DNA of 64,000 nucleotides from an uncultured virus (IMG/VR IMGVR_UViG_3300038321_000417) (lineage: Duplodnaviria; Heunggongvirae; Uroviricota; Caudoviricetes): IMG/VR virus record IMGVR_UViG_3300038321_000417; one strand, written 5' to 3'. Position 1 is the first letter of the stretch; the number at the start of each line of letters is the position of its first letter. This document shows positions 20,693 through 31,681 of the stretch, in pieces. The translations under genes and the position numbers were made by a program. The notes beneath the pieces were generated by a model, which saw only the letters and a list, made by a program, of their open reading frames with translations, had not been told where the DNA came from and made no database searches.

Positions 20693-21099
20693 TTATTTAT
20701 TCTCTCTTTCTTGTACTCTACCCATGTCATTAAATACTCTTTTTCCATAAACCTGTCAATCTGTTCCCAATTAAACAAATTTCTCATGCACCAAACTTTA
20801 TCCATTACTTCACAGGTATACTTCTCATTGCATATAAAGTCTTCTTTCATTCCTTGTGCTGTGCCGAATTTTCCATCAATAAGTAAATCAAGTAATGCCC
20901 TGATGTGATTTGCAACATTATACAAACCCTCATGTTCTGGAATTACTTTACCTGTCTCGATGCCCCACTCTTTAAATAGGGTCTCCTTAGAATCTTTTAA
21001 AGTTACATTCTCCCATTTCAAAGCCGATGTATGCCAATCTCCGCATGTCTCAAGTGCACAAGGGAGATTTAAAGCATATATACCTGTAATGTACTTCAT
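20689..21099 (-). CDS. Putative cognate antitoxin (AbiEi C-terminal-like)
   Basis: YITGIYALNL...GDWH...RALLDLL; ATGA overlap with the toxin start. Confidence 0.6.
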   Translation of the reverse strand: MKYITGIYALNLPCALETCGDWHTSALKWENVTLKDSKETLFKEWGIETGKVIPEHEGLYNVANHIRALLDLLIDGKFGTAQGMKEDFICNEKYTCEVMDKVWCMRNLFNWEQIDRFMEKEYLMTWVEYKKERINK

Positions 21100-21110
21100 A
21101 TTACCACCTA

Positions 21111-21923
21111 CTACACTGTTTCAAAACTCAATACCTCTCCACTTTTTAATTGTAAAGCAGTATCTATTATAATCTTTGCCATTTCCCGATTTGTCTCTAC
21201 TTTAAAGTAATCATCATAATCCTTATATCCACCTTTTAACTCTACCCTTACAAACTTTTTATCTGTTGCCCACAATCTGTAATCAGAAAACCCGCTCTGT
21301 TTATTCTTATGTGAGTTCTCCCTACCACCTTTATCATTGTCTGGACAAAATATTGTTACAGGTATTCTATTTAATATCATACGTTTATGAAGTGTCAAGT
21401 CGTTTCCCATTGTTCCTAATACGTTGTAATACCCTAAACTGCGCCAACGTACAACATCAAACATACCCTCTGCTATTATAGCATACCCCTTTTTTAATAT
21501 CTCGTCAAAATATTCCATACCATAAAAACAAGCTGACTTCTCAAAACCAAATGTCTTTGAGGTTAAATACTTATGTTGCTTGTGCTTTTGCCAACTAACC
21601 CATGCCATAACATTGTTCATTTGATCCCTTACAGGAAATACTGTCCTACATTTATGTTGAAACTCTCCTTTAGAATCAATTAACGCTAACTTATCTCTAT
21701 ATTCTGCACCTACAATAGAATTATATATTAAAGTGAAAAGCATATCATCAGTAAATAAAAATAAGCCACTGTCCTGTAAATCGCTTAATTCAAATCCCCT
21801 CTCCTGTGCTATGAAAGACATATCAGTCTGACCATTCTCAAAACACTTATCTGTTAATTTCGTTAAAAGATTACGTACAACTACAGTTTCAGCTATAGAA
21901 TCCATTAACTTATCTAGCCCCAT
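21111..21923 (-). CDS. DnaG-type primase catalytic core (TOPRIM), lacking the Zn-binding domain
   Basis: ERG, RTVFPVRD, KYL, AEGMFD, GTMG, PDNDKGG, KDYDDY. Confidence 0.85.
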   Translation of the reverse strand: MGLDKLMDSIAETVVVRNLLTKLTDKCFENGQTDMSFIAQERGFELSDLQDSGLFLFTDDMLFTLIYNSIVGAEYRDKLALIDSKGEFQHKCRTVFPVRDQMNNVMAWVSWQKHKQHKYLTSKTFGFEKSACFYGMEYFDEILKKGYAIIAEGMFDVVRWRSLGYYNVLGTMGNDLTLHKRMILNRIPVTIFCPDNDKGGRENSHKNKQSGFSDYRLWATDKKFVRVELKGGYKDYDDYFKVETNREMAKIIIDTALQLKSGEVLSFETV

Positions 21924-21924
21924 T

Positions 21925-22515
21925 TTAAATTACCCCTTTGTGAGGTATTGCCGCCCTACCGCTCACTCTGTCCGATCTAAATATAAATGGTTTAGCCGAC
22001 ATAACCGCACTTACTAAATTTTTGCCTATCCTGTAATACTCTCTTTTTTGCATATCCTTTATATACCTATCCAAGCTAAAGTACATTACAGCATGTTGTT
22101 TTCCGTCAATATAAGTGTATAAATATACGTAGTTTTCACCATCACAATTTGTTTTTTTCTCCACTTGTATTCTCACATGTGAAGCAGCGTCTATCTTTAC
22201 CGAAAACGTATCATTTCTTTTAAAGTAGGTTAGCATTATTTTTTCTGCCTCTGCATACATTCTTTTTCCACGTAAACCTTGTTCAACCACATACTTAGGA
22301 ATTAATTCCTGTATATTCAGCAATCTTATAATACCCTCTGATACCAGTTCGGCAATTACCTTTTTCTTGTCTTTATTCATAAACGCTTTTACCTGAATCC
22401 TAATATCTCTGTCATAGCATTCAAATGACAATACCCCTTTTTTGTATACTTGTTCGTTTCTGATTTCTTCTGCCATACTGTATCTTTCTCTACATAGCCC
22501 ATGTCTGTAACCCAT
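21925..22515 (-). CDS. Hypothetical protein
   Basis: ORF in operon context. Confidence 0.6.
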   Translation of the reverse strand: MGYRHGLCRERYSMAEEIRNEQVYKKGVLSFECYDRDIRIQVKAFMNKDKKKVIAELVSEGIIRLLNIQELIPKYVVEQGLRGKRMYAEAEKIMLTYFKRNDTFSVKIDAASHVRIQVEKKTNCDGENYVYLYTYIDGKQHAVMYFSLDRYIKDMQKREYYRIGKNLVSAVMSAKPFIFRSDRVSGRAAIPHKGVI

Positions 22516-22549
22516 TCTCTCACAACTCCTTTGTAAAATATCTATCTGT

Positions 22550-25500
22550 TTACTCTACCATCAAATCCTCTAAAACAGTTTTTCTCATGTCAATTGCTTG
22601 AATCTTTAACATATCAGTAAATGCTGAAGTATGTGTTATACTTGAGATTATGTCTCCCACAAGGTAACTAACATCCTGTGTTCTTGTCACTGCCGTATAA
22701 GCCATGTTCCTGTTTTTTAACCCGTAAAACAGCTCAAATATAGGACAAATGACTAATTTACTTTGTGAGCCTTGCATCTTATGTACTGTTAAAGCATAAG
22801 CATGATCTAACTCATTACAATCTCCTATAACAATTTGATTGTAAATGTTTCTAGTATCCATTTTGCCCTTAATGTCTACTAAATAAAGTATGTAAAAATT
22901 ATATTTATCACCATTCGTGTCGAGTGCTGTGTACAATACTCCTATCGCTATTTCTTCTGGTCTATCGAACACATCCTCTATCTGCTCTTGTATGTCTGAG
23001 TTCAGATTATAATTCTGCTGATATAGATCACGCAAGTCTTCTAACGGTCTTATAAAAGCTATTTTTCCTATTTCACCATTCATTACTCCCGCATGTTCTC
23101 CAAATTCTGTGATTTTACCATCCTCTGTCAGCACAAATCTTGCTTTGGTGTAATTATTCTTTGTGTGTAACACCCTGTCCCCCACTCTTAACGTTATCAT
23201 GTTATTTCCTATTTCCTTTAAAACTTGCATTTTTACACTATCCTCGGGATTGAATATAGGCTGTAATAACGTATTTAATTGTGTTGATCCTAACCTATGT
23301 CCGGCTTTCTTTAAAGGCGTAACCACAACAATATCGTCATCTTTAAACTGTTCGCTATTTATCTGTACATCACCAATGTAATGATTTCCGTTTTCTTCAC
23401 GAACAAACCTTGTAGGTCTGCCCAAATGATGATTTACTAAGTCAATGACAATATGTTGCTCTTTTAAATATTTATCATTATTGTTCTGTGATGGTTTCAT
23501 ATCTAAAACCACAAACTTTTGATGTTCTTCATCTGTGAAAACTGTCGTACGCTTTATACTCTCAGGTTGCTTACCAATCATTATAGAAGAATTTAAAGTG
23601 ACTGCCGAACCCTCAACACAACGTTTTACAACGTCTAATTCAACCACAGGAAAATACTTTTTTCTTATTATGTCAGCGAATGGTTTACCTGCTCCTATTG
23701 GGGGTAATTGTTCAATGTCTGCTATTAAAATAAGTCTTGTTTTCTTTAGATTAATTCCCTTTAAAACCCGATTGAGTAATGCGCTATTTACCATTGACAT
23801 TTCATCTATTACTAACGTGTCTGCTTCTATTGCATTTATCTCTGCATCTTCATTATCTGATATTTTAAACAACCTATGTAATGTGTACACAGGTCTGTTT
23901 ACAGTTTCCCTTAACCTATCTGCGGCTCTGCCTGTTGGTGCTGCAAAGACAACTGTTCCACCGTATACATTCTCTATTACATAAAGTAATACTTCTGCTG
24001 CGGTTGTTTTACCTGAACCTGCCGGTCCTGTTATGCATAATAAGTTATTACCTACTGCTCTTGCAGCATCTCTTTGTTTTTCTTCTAATTTGAAACCTTT
24101 TATGTCTTCAAACTCAGCGATAAGTGATTCAATCCTATCTTTATCGAATGATATGTCCCTATTCTTTAGTTCATTTAAACAAGTAAATATACCATATTCG
24201 TTCGCAATATCTCTTGTTGTGCCAAAGTACGACTTTCCATTATACTTTAACCCCAAAACTTGTCCTGTCTTTTCAGCAATGTTTAATACCCCTACTCTTT
24301 CTTGTTCTGTGGATTGAATTAAAGATATCTTTACTGATCTTCTACCCCCGTATTGATACATCCCTCTGTAATTCCATTGTATCTGTGTGGGAGCGTACAT
24401 GTTACCAAATACTTGATGTAAACATTCTCTCTCCACTTTCTTGATCCCGTCTGTTGCAATCCCACCGCTAATAAGCTCTTTAAATTTAAACCCATATGTA
24501 CCTGCTATAGGCATGTCCCATTTTGCAAAATCCACAAAACCGCTTTCGACAAGCAAGTGGTATGCTCTTTTTCTTGTAATCATTATGTCAAATATACTTT
24601 TACTCAGTTTTGAATCTTTTGTATTAAAGGTACTATCTATCACTTCAATTGTCGAGCCTACATTTTGCGAGTTATCTTTAAAATAATCTAAACAAGCAAT
24701 ACTTTTTCTAAGGTTTAGCACTATCGTTTCTTTAACACCTTTTATTCTACCTATAAGTCCGTTAGATAGCGCAACTGTGTCTAATACCCCTGTTCTAATC
24801 TCATCGTTGAAGTAATGTAATACATAGGGATTTTGTTCAAGTATTGTTAATAAATCAACACTGTCCTCAATTATGCCCTCTCTCTTTAACGAATAAAGCT
24901 TAGATAAGTCTCCACTGTCGAAATCCTCTAAAAAGAAAGATAATATTGCTACACAAATAAAGTCAGGGTTAGCCAGCGCGTGTAGTCCCTTACACAGCAC
25001 ATGTCTCCATGACTCATAGTCTTTGTTAAGGTACGTGTTTTCTTCTCCAAATTTGAAAGTTTCCGATACCTTATTTATTGTGTTAATAAGTTCATCATCA
25101 AAATCAATATTTCTTTCACAATCTAGCGTAAACTTTCTAACTAAATCACCTAAACTGTTAAAAGAACATATTACGCTAAATACCGAATACCCGTATGTCT
25201 TTACCAAAAGCTTAGACAGTCTTATTCTAGGTACAATCGGGTTTAATGTTTTTGCTGTAATAGGGCTTATTTTCTCAATTAAGTTAGCAATTCTGTTCGA
25301 GTCTATTTTTAATTCCGCTATTTTCCTTGAAAAGTTATTTAGAACGACACCATAAGCGTCTTTACTACGATTATGCCTGACAACTGACTTTAAATAGTTG
25401 TTTAGATACTTTCTAAAGTTTTCTTGTGATGCTATCGCAACGTCAATTGCTGTAGATAATGTCTCAATTCCATCCCACAGTATGTCATCTAACTGCACAT

Positions 25501-25948
25501 TCGATTGCTTACAGTCTACTTTTAGCGCATCTTCTATCAACTTACCGTATTTAATAGTATCTGTAGCTATATCCTTAATATTGTATTTTGTGTTTAAACG
25601 TTGAATGTCACTATCTTTTATTCTTTCAACTACAGCATCAAAGTTAGTAACACCACTATCTTGTAAAACACTACCCCCTATGATAAAATCTGTCATTCCC
25701 TTAAATAAATTACCCTTTATTAGCAGAGAGTTTCCAGCTATTCCTGCTCTTGTAACCACCATTAAAGGGATAGTCTCAGTCAATACTTCTAACTTGTTTT
25801 CTGTTACAAAATATATTGCTTTACACACACAAGTCTTTATAGAAAAGTAATCAATATTCACTCTCGATGAAACATTTGAAATGTCTCCGTATACAATAAC
25901 GTTTAGTGCACTGTCTCCAACTTTTTGCTTTAAAGTCTCGTAATTCAT
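22550..25948 (-). CDS. RecD2-like SF1B helicase
   Basis: TGPAGSGKT, AAPTGRAA, TLHRL, IDEMSM, DIEQLPPIGAG, YALTVHKMQGS, YTAVTR. Confidence 0.9.
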   Translation of the reverse strand: MNYETLKQKVGDSALNVIVYGDISNVSSRVNIDYFSIKTCVCKAIYFVTENKLEVLTETIPLMVVTRAGIAGNSLLIKGNLFKGMTDFIIGGSVLQDSGVTNFDAVVERIKDSDIQRLNTKYNIKDIATDTIKYGKLIEDALKVDCKQSNVQLDDILWDGIETLSTAIDVAIASQENFRKYLNNYLKSVVRHNRSKDAYGVVLNNFSRKIAELKIDSNRIANLIEKISPITAKTLNPIVPRIRLSKLLVKTYGYSVFSVICSFNSLGDLVRKFTLDCERNIDFDDELINTINKVSETFKFGEENTYLNKDYESWRHVLCKGLHALANPDFICVAILSFFLEDFDSGDLSKLYSLKREGIIEDSVDLLTILEQNPYVLHYFNDEIRTGVLDTVALSNGLIGRIKGVKETIVLNLRKSIACLDYFKDNSQNVGSTIEVIDSTFNTKDSKLSKSIFDIMITRKRAYHLLVESGFVDFAKWDMPIAGTYGFKFKELISGGIATDGIKKVERECLHQVFGNMYAPTQIQWNYRGMYQYGGRRSVKISLIQSTEQERVGVLNIAEKTGQVLGLKYNGKSYFGTTRDIANEYGIFTCLNELKNRDISFDKDRIESLIAEFEDIKGFKLEEKQRDAARAVGNNLLCITGPAGSGKTTAAEVLLYVIENVYGGTVVFAAPTGRAADRLRETVNRPVYTLHRLFKISDNEDAEINAIEADTLVIDEMSMVNSALLNRVLKGINLKKTRLILIADIEQLPPIGAGKPFADIIRKKYFPVVELDVVKRCVEGSAVTLNSSIMIGKQPESIKRTTVFTDEEHQKFVVLDMKPSQNNNDKYLKEQHIVIDLVNHHLGRPTRFVREENGNHYIGDVQINSEQFKDDDIVVVTPLKKAGHRLGSTQLNTLLQPIFNPEDSVKMQVLKEIGNNMITLRVGDRVLHTKNNYTKARFVLTEDGKITEFGEHAGVMNGEIGKIAFIRPLEDLRDLYQQNYNLNSDIQEQIEDVFDRPEEIAIGVLYTALDTNGDKYNFYILYLVDIKGKMDTRNIYNQIVIGDCNELDHAYALTVHKMQGSQSKLVICPIFELFYGLKNRNMAYTAVTRTQDVSYLVGDIISSITHTSAFTDMLKIQAIDMRKTVLEDLMVE

Positions 25949-26100
25949 AATGTACTACTTCCTTTTCGTTGTTCTAAATTATGTAGTTAAACACTCATGT
26001 CTACTGCTAAACTAGTCTTAACGTCAATTTTTAAATTTTTACGCCCTTGTCTAACGATAAATATACCATCCGTTTAGTCCCACCCATAGTTGCTCCATTT

Positions 26101-26412
26101 TCACGATATCACTTTCAAAGATTTTTCAAGTTCCCCGTATAAGTCCATATACCTCTCCGGTAAATTATACACAGTCAATAATTTTGCGTCAAAAAATATA
26201 AATATTCTACCTTGATAAATACGCATGTTATTTGCTTTTTTACTATGAAAGTAAAGCCTAGATAAAAAATGTTTTAGAGAACCAGTTGTTTCACAATGCT
26301 TAATACCCCTGTTGTATGCTTTATTCACCAGTTTATCTACAACACTTCTTCTTGAAATTCCCCAACGCTCTCTAATTCTGATTCGGGCATGTTGTGTAAC
26401 ACTTACTTTCAT
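26101..26412 (-). CDS. Small basic hypothetical protein
   Basis: TQHARIRIRER...LLTVY pattern, loosely like BrnT/DUF4258 RNase-fold proteins. Confidence 0.55.
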   Translation of the reverse strand: MKVSVTQHARIRIRERWGISRRSVVDKLVNKAYNRGIKHCETTGSLKHFLSRLYFHSKKANNMRIYQGRIFIFFDAKLLTVYNLPERYMDLYGELEKSLKVIS

Positions 26413-26474
26413 TCAATCGCCCCCAGTCATTTGTATTTATTTAAGTTAAAGACTACATCTAGTTAAACCCAAAA

Positions 26475-28142
26475 CTACAACATTTTTTTCGCTTTTTTAT
26501 GCCCTCTGATTATGACGTTCTTTTGTTTTGGTGTAAGTCTTTTAGTAGTAACAACTGTATTAATTACATCCATTACAAAGGTATCTACTTTATTTTGTTT
26601 ATTCCACAATGTTAATTCATTTATCTTATGCTCTATATCAGGGTTTAGACCTAATGAGCCACTTGTATTTATGCTGTTATTTTGTATGATACCTTTTTCT
26701 TCGGCTTCTATACTCTCTTTTAACTCTCTATACGCTTCTTTAAGCCAATAATACTGATTTTCAGACCATTTAACAACATCTAGCTTCCGCTCGATTAGCA
26801 TATCATAAGCAATGTTACCGCCCCGGATAGTTAACCTATTTTCATTCGTTAAATTATTCTCTAAATACTCTTTCACTTTTGTCCTTTCAGTAATCCGTGT
26901 TTCTCTTGCAATTTCCTCTTGCTTAATCAGGTAGTACATTTGTGCTACTGTTTCTTCTAACTCTTTTGAATGTGCTATGATATCCCTCTTTATGTCCGGT
27001 CTGTTTGCTAAATTGTAATAGTAATCCAGTTCATAAGCATACGCCAAATTCATCCTATAATTTACACAGCATAACAAGTTTAAGTCTCTAGCCCGTAATT
27101 TGAAATTGACTATGTCATCATCCCTACACGTGTATGTGGAAAGGAAATATAGACAATCCTCAACCTCTTTTCTTATCGGATTCTTTAACTTTTTCCTAAA
27201 TTCATACATGTCAATAAAGTTTACAGACAAACCCTCGGTCGCCCATAGGTTTGTGAGATTTCCCAATTTAAACAATAAATCTTTACGTTTACTTATGTTC
27301 TCTTGTAATATTTTATAGTTACCGATACCCTCTTTTTCTTTATCGTAATCAAAATAGTCGTATTCATCCTCACTAGATAGTCTTCTTAAAAGATACCTAT
27401 GTATACCGCTGTATAGGTTATGTAAGAATATAGAGGTGTTATTGTCGCTGTTAAAGTAGTCTCTTTCAAATTTACCAAAACCAACGTATTCCAAGCAATC
27501 CTCTGGCAGTGTATATTGTTCAGCTAGAGTAACAGGTACAGGTAAACCCAACCGTAAAAAACTTAGAGCAGTCACCTTAATGTTCGAATCAGGTAATTCT
27601 GAAATAGCATCTGCTCCAAATACACTTATAAACCTACCTAAATTCCCACCCTCATATGTGTAATACTCCTGATATCTTTTAGTTTCCATAATTGTAACCA
27701 TCAATTTTAACTCTTTTTGCATTGTATCTTGAAGTTTTGTTAACGCCTTTATGGTTTCCACATCCAAGTCAAAAAAGTCGCCCACACATGTAGAACCAAA
27801 TATAAGCGAATTGCCCTTACTCCTGTTAATCGCCTTAAACGCATACCGTAATGAATGCCCTAACTCACAACTAACTCTCTCGTTACCGTGATCCCGCATC
27901 CCAGCAAACATCCAGTCACCCTCGCCTTTTAGCTTATTAAGCACAGCTATTTTATGTTTTGATACCCCTAATCTTAGAGAACCTGTGAGTTTATTAAATA
28001 AATATATAGTATACTTTTCATAGTATTCCATGAGGAAATTTGATTGCTGTTGGGTGAAGAATGTGAATAGGTTTAGATTTCCTTTCAATCTTTCCTCAAT
28101 ATACTTCCTTTTAAATTTCTTATAATCTTTTTTGTTAAACAA
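26475..28142 (-). CDS. Hypothetical protein with possible Zn-binding motif
   Basis: CELGHSLRY...FGSTC motif; SD GGGGG. Confidence 0.6.
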   Translation of the reverse strand: MFNKKDYKKFKRKYIEERLKGNLNLFTFFTQQQSNFLMEYYEKYTIYLFNKLTGSLRLGVSKHKIAVLNKLKGEGDWMFAGMRDHGNERVSCELGHSLRYAFKAINRSKGNSLIFGSTCVGDFFDLDVETIKALTKLQDTMQKELKLMVTIMETKRYQEYYTYEGGNLGRFISVFGADAISELPDSNIKVTALSFLRLGLPVPVTLAEQYTLPEDCLEYVGFGKFERDYFNSDNNTSIFLHNLYSGIHRYLLRRLSSEDEYDYFDYDKEKEGIGNYKILQENISKRKDLLFKLGNLTNLWATEGLSVNFIDMYEFRKKLKNPIRKEVEDCLYFLSTYTCRDDDIVNFKLRARDLNLLCCVNYRMNLAYAYELDYYYNLANRPDIKRDIIAHSKELEETVAQMYYLIKQEEIARETRITERTKVKEYLENNLTNENRLTIRGGNIAYDMLIERKLDVVKWSENQYYWLKEAYRELKESIEAEEKGIIQNNSINTSGSLGLNPDIEHKINELTLWNKQNKVDTFVMDVINTVVTTKRLTPKQKNVIIRGHKKAKKML

Positions 28143-28377
28143 CCAAATTTCCCCCTCTCTTTTTAACTACCCTTTTTAGCCCCTATTGTTAATGTATTGC
28201 TACTCCCAGTAGTAACCGTTACTAATCCTGTTAACTTTGCTTTTCAAGTCTGCAAGATACTCCCTGCTGCTCTTGCCACGTTTACCCAGTTCACTGAAAT
28301 TTCGTATACAGTATTCTTCGTTGTGTCAAGCTCTAAGTAGTTTATGTCTCTCACATTAACTTACCTCTTTTTCAACA

Positions 28378-29034
28378 TTAATAAGGGATATCATGTCTCA
28401 CAAATACATCCTGTATTTCACCGCTTATTTTCCCTCGTTCTTCCCCTGTGATAGCGTCAACTTCATACCAAGTGTTATTTAAGGCATCTAAACAATAAAG
28501 AGTAAAGTGTTTTATTGAAAGTTTCATTGCCGCATACCCCTTTGATACTCTATTTAGATTTTCATCATAAACCCATTTTAAATTTTCCTTTTTACATGTG
28601 CAGCTAAAACTAACTTTGTCATCTTTATGAAGTAGCCTAGTAATGTCTTGAAACCCCTCTAAGGTAATTTTGTCGCTACCCCTCTTTTTCAAATGCCAAC
28701 CATCTTCCTCTAGTAGTGCTATGTGTTTTCTTCCGTGCGATTCAAAATCCTTAACAGACCTATTTAGGTAATCAAGCCCTATGTTAAGTAGTCGGACACC
28801 ATCAAATTCATCTGTGAAAAGTAGGCTGTAATGCGGCTCTTCTCTCATTATTTCACTCCTGACTTCGCCAGTTATTGAAGAAAGGATCTCTCCATTTAAG
28901 TCAGTTATAAAAAACCTTTGTTTAGTATCATAAAATATACTGTAGTCCTTTGTATCTGGCTCTATGTATACTAGCTCTTCACCTGTAATAACCTCTAGTT
29001 TGGATTTTATAGTGTCTATTGTATTCATGATCAA
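28378..29034 (-). CDS. Paralog family B member (beta-rich, shared N-terminal motif)
   Basis: IKSKLEVITGEEL..DTKDY..F..TDLNGEI..LLNIGLDY shared with the genes at 30473, 30975 and 31682. Confidence 0.75.
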   Translation of the reverse strand: MIMNTIDTIKSKLEVITGEELVYIEPDTKDYSIFYDTKQRFFITDLNGEILSSITGEVRSEIMREEPHYSLLFTDEFDGVRLLNIGLDYLNRSVKDFESHGRKHIALLEEDGWHLKKRGSDKITLEGFQDITRLLHKDDKVSFSCTCKKENLKWVYDENLNRVSKGYAAMKLSIKHFTLYCLDALNNTWYEVDAITGEERGKISGEIQDVFVRHDIPY

Positions 29035-29057
29035 ACCCTTATTCCTTTCTTCTCATG

Positions 29058-29501
29058 TCAGAGGCAAACCTTACCTCGATATGCTGTTACACTACCTATT
29101 GATGTTCCATATCCCGTTAGGTTACGATGTTTATGTACTAAGCTCTCTCCAAGTAAAAGCACCTTGTCATCCAAACTCCCTTGTCTGATCCCTCTTTTTT
29201 CTATTTCCCTGTATACAACTACTATGTTTTCAAATATAAGGTTGACAAGTTCTATTTCCTTTAAATAAGCCGACCAATGCCTACCTATAAAGTCAGTAAC
29301 TTCGGGTAAGCTCTTAAAAAACTTAGGTACACTTAGTTTTTTAAGCTTAGTATAGTTATCCGTTAATTCTTTTATACTGATAGGTGTAACCCTATATATT
29401 TTTACGAACGCAGTGTTTGGACTAAATACTTCAACCTTATCTTTAGTTATCTCATAAGAAACATTATGTAATAAACCCCTTTCTAAGTACTCGTCACTCA
29501 T
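29058..29501 (-). CDS. Paralog family A member
   Basis: YLERGLLHNVSY..PNTAF..EKRGI..G..DD.V..LG shared with 32293-32799. Confidence 0.75.
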   Translation of the reverse strand: MSDEYLERGLLHNVSYEITKDKVEVFSPNTAFVKIYRVTPISIKELTDNYTKLKKLSVPKFFKSLPEVTDFIGRHWSAYLKEIELVNLIFENIVVVYREIEKRGIRQGSLDDKVLLLGESLVHKHRNLTGYGTSIGSVTAYRGKVCL

Positions 29502-29681
29502 AGTTATTTACTCCCCTCGTTAATTATTTCTTAAAACCGCTCTAGCAGCCTTTCTGTAACACCTTTTTCACTGTTAAACCGACTTTCAAACTCCACCGTC
29601 AACCTTATACGGTCTACAGACCATTTTATTTTATAAATGCTTTATTAAATATAGCTTTTTGTGATACACCAGATAAAAGTC

Positions 29682-29717
29682 AAAATAAAAAGATAAGGCT
29701 TAATTAAGTCTTATCTT
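29682..29717 (-). terminator. Intrinsic terminator
   Basis: AAGATAAGGCTT-AATT-AAGTCTTATCTT hairpin (one mismatch) with U-tract on the minus strand. Confidence 0.6.
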
Positions 29718-29918
29718 CAACTAATCTTGTACCCGAACCACTTAAAAAACTATCCATAAATTTAAAAGTGCGGGCTTAAATTTATTAAGTACCTAGAATG
29801 AAAACGTACGCACAAATTTTGTCGTTCGAATCAAAAAATATAGCCTATGCGTCTTTTGAAAATAGTATTGTAGGAAGTTAATATGTTTCGATATATTAAA
29901 AGAAAACTCAATATCTTG

Positions 29919-30392
29919 TCAGCTTTTCCTTAACATGCCTATAATCCACCCAAGTAAATATAAAGGTGTTAACCAGTTTACAACTGCCAATAATACCCCT
30001 GTTATAACTAAACATGTTCCTATTACTTTATTCTTCTCCAACGGGGTATACTTGTCGGAACATACAACTTTATAGTACGGTTTAAAAGCTGATATTTTTG
30101 AATACTTAACGTTAATACGTGTACCTACAGGATGTGTTGAACGTTTAACGCCACGCATCATACCTATACGGGTAGGTATATCATCTTCTCCACCACATAG
30201 TTTCACTAAAGGAGCTACACTGTAAAGCTCATACCCTATTACTTCTACTTCACCCTCTTTACAATTCGCATCAAACTCTAGTCTTGTCCTATATAGTTTA
30301 TACGGTAGCATAATAACCCCTAACCAAATTACCGGCAAACTTATAAGCAATACCCCAGATAAAACCAAAAGTATAATTTCCCATATGTCCAA
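29919..30392 (-). CDS. Two-TM membrane protein (DUF3592-like layout)
   Basis: Hydrophobic N- and C-terminal helices flanking a G.V.GY..P.V...G.RI.V.Y beta domain. Confidence 0.6.
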   Translation of the reverse strand: MDIWEIILLVLSGVLLISLPVIWLGVIMLPYKLYRTRLEFDANCKEGEVEVIGYELYSVAPLVKLCGGEDDIPTRIGMMRGVKRSTHPVGTRINVKYSKISAFKPYYKVVCSDKYTPLEKNKVIGTCLVITGVLLAVVNWLTPLYLLGWIIGMLRKS

Positions 30393-30472
30393 TTAAACCA
30401 CTCCCCCTAACTAATCAAATATATTATAATCTATATAAATTATAGTCCACGTAACCGATCAAAGCCCTAAAT

Positions 30473-30988
30473 CTATAGATACCCTTGTACAGAAGATACC
30501 ACTTTTCCATCCCCGTCAACCAACCTGCATAAACCATCTTCTTGACTTATAACTCCAAACATGACCATGTCCTTTTTATGTTCATAGCACCTAACGCTTT
30601 TATACTGTTTTGAAATTGTCCCATTACTCCGATTCATAATGCGGAAACATTCTGTATCTTCTTCCAGTATTATATGTGTTCGAATAGGAGAATCAAAGCT
30701 TTTGAATTTTTTATTTATGTACTCTAAGCCTATGTTTAACAGATAAAACCCTAAATTAGAATACTTAAAAATTACGCCATGCTTATCCGCCCAAAGTAAA
30801 ACGCCTTTGCATAACTCAATAATTTCACCAGATAAGTCAGTCAATACCGCAATCTTTACATCCTCTAAATCCCCAGGTGATCCAGTTAATATCACACTGT
30901 AAAATACATAATAATCACCTGTATCCGCTTTTATTCCTTTTAGCTTTTCCCCTAACAATATTTCTAATCTTTTTCTAACAGTCTCCAA
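30473..30988 (-). CDS. Paralog family B member
   Basis: VRKRLEILLGEKL..DTGDY..TDLSGEII..LLNIGLEY. Confidence 0.75.
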   Translation of the reverse strand: METVRKRLEILLGEKLKGIKADTGDYYVFYSVILTGSPGDLEDVKIAVLTDLSGEIIELCKGVLLWADKHGVIFKYSNLGFYLLNIGLEYINKKFKSFDSPIRTHIILEEDTECFRIMNRSNGTISKQYKSVRCYEHKKDMVMFGVISQEDGLCRLVDGDGKVVSSVQGYL

Positions 30989-31661
30989 TATATATACATC
31001 CTCGGCTACCTACACCTTTGATAATCTGTGTCGTATCTAAACACCTCGATATTTCCTTTATTTCTTCTCCAGTAAACCCATTTACCTCAAACCATTTTTC
31101 ATTACCGTCAACTACCCTTGAACAGTTGTAAGTATACCCCCATATTGTTTGTACTATGGTATTATAGTCTCTTGTAAGGTAAGTATATTCTTCGTCCAAT
31201 AACCTATATGATTCTTTAAACTTTATTTTGACCGCAAATCTAAAACTATTATTGGAATGAATAAAGTATGTGATACTCTGATACTCTTCTTCTGTTTCAA
31301 GCCTTATATCCCGTCTTTTTAGATACCAACCAGTTTCACCACTTAACATCAGATGTTTTTCATTAATAGTTTTAAAACCAAGTAATACTTTACCGATATA
31401 ATCAAGTCCAATATCTAATACTTTACATGTGTCCGAATTAATAATCAAGTAAATTAAGCTTGTTCTGTGACTATATTTAAGTGTCTCACACTGAACATTA
31501 TTATGTACAACTATAATTTCCCCATCTAAATTTGTTACGAAAGCCTTTTCACTATCTTTACTAAAAAATACTAAATAGTCCCTTGTGTCAACTCTTACAC
31601 TTTCTAGTTTCACTCCTGCTACTATTTCAAGTCTATCCTTTATACTGTTTTGTAATCGCAT
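30975..31661 (-). CDS. Paralog family B member
   Basis: IKDRLEIVAGVKL..DTRDY..TNLDGEII..VLDIGLDY..WFEVNGFTGEE. Confidence 0.75.
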   Translation of the reverse strand: MRLQNSIKDRLEIVAGVKLESVRVDTRDYLVFFSKDSEKAFVTNLDGEIIVVHNNVQCETLKYSHRTSLIYLIINSDTCKVLDIGLDYIGKVLLGFKTINEKHLMLSGETGWYLKRRDIRLETEEEYQSITYFIHSNNSFRFAVKIKFKESYRLLDEEYTYLTRDYNTIVQTIWGYTYNCSRVVDGNEKWFEVNGFTGEEIKEISRCLDTTQIIKGVGSRGCIYIGDC

Positions 31662-31681
31662 AATTATATGTTCACCCCCCC

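Noticed and set aside
28160..28356. Possible small ORF or remnant after an SD-like GAGG
   Set aside because: All frames are interrupted by stops and there is no recognisable similarity.
29520..29680. Short coding-like stretch upstream of the family A gene
   Set aside because: No clear start or SD and too short; it may be a remnant but is unsupported.
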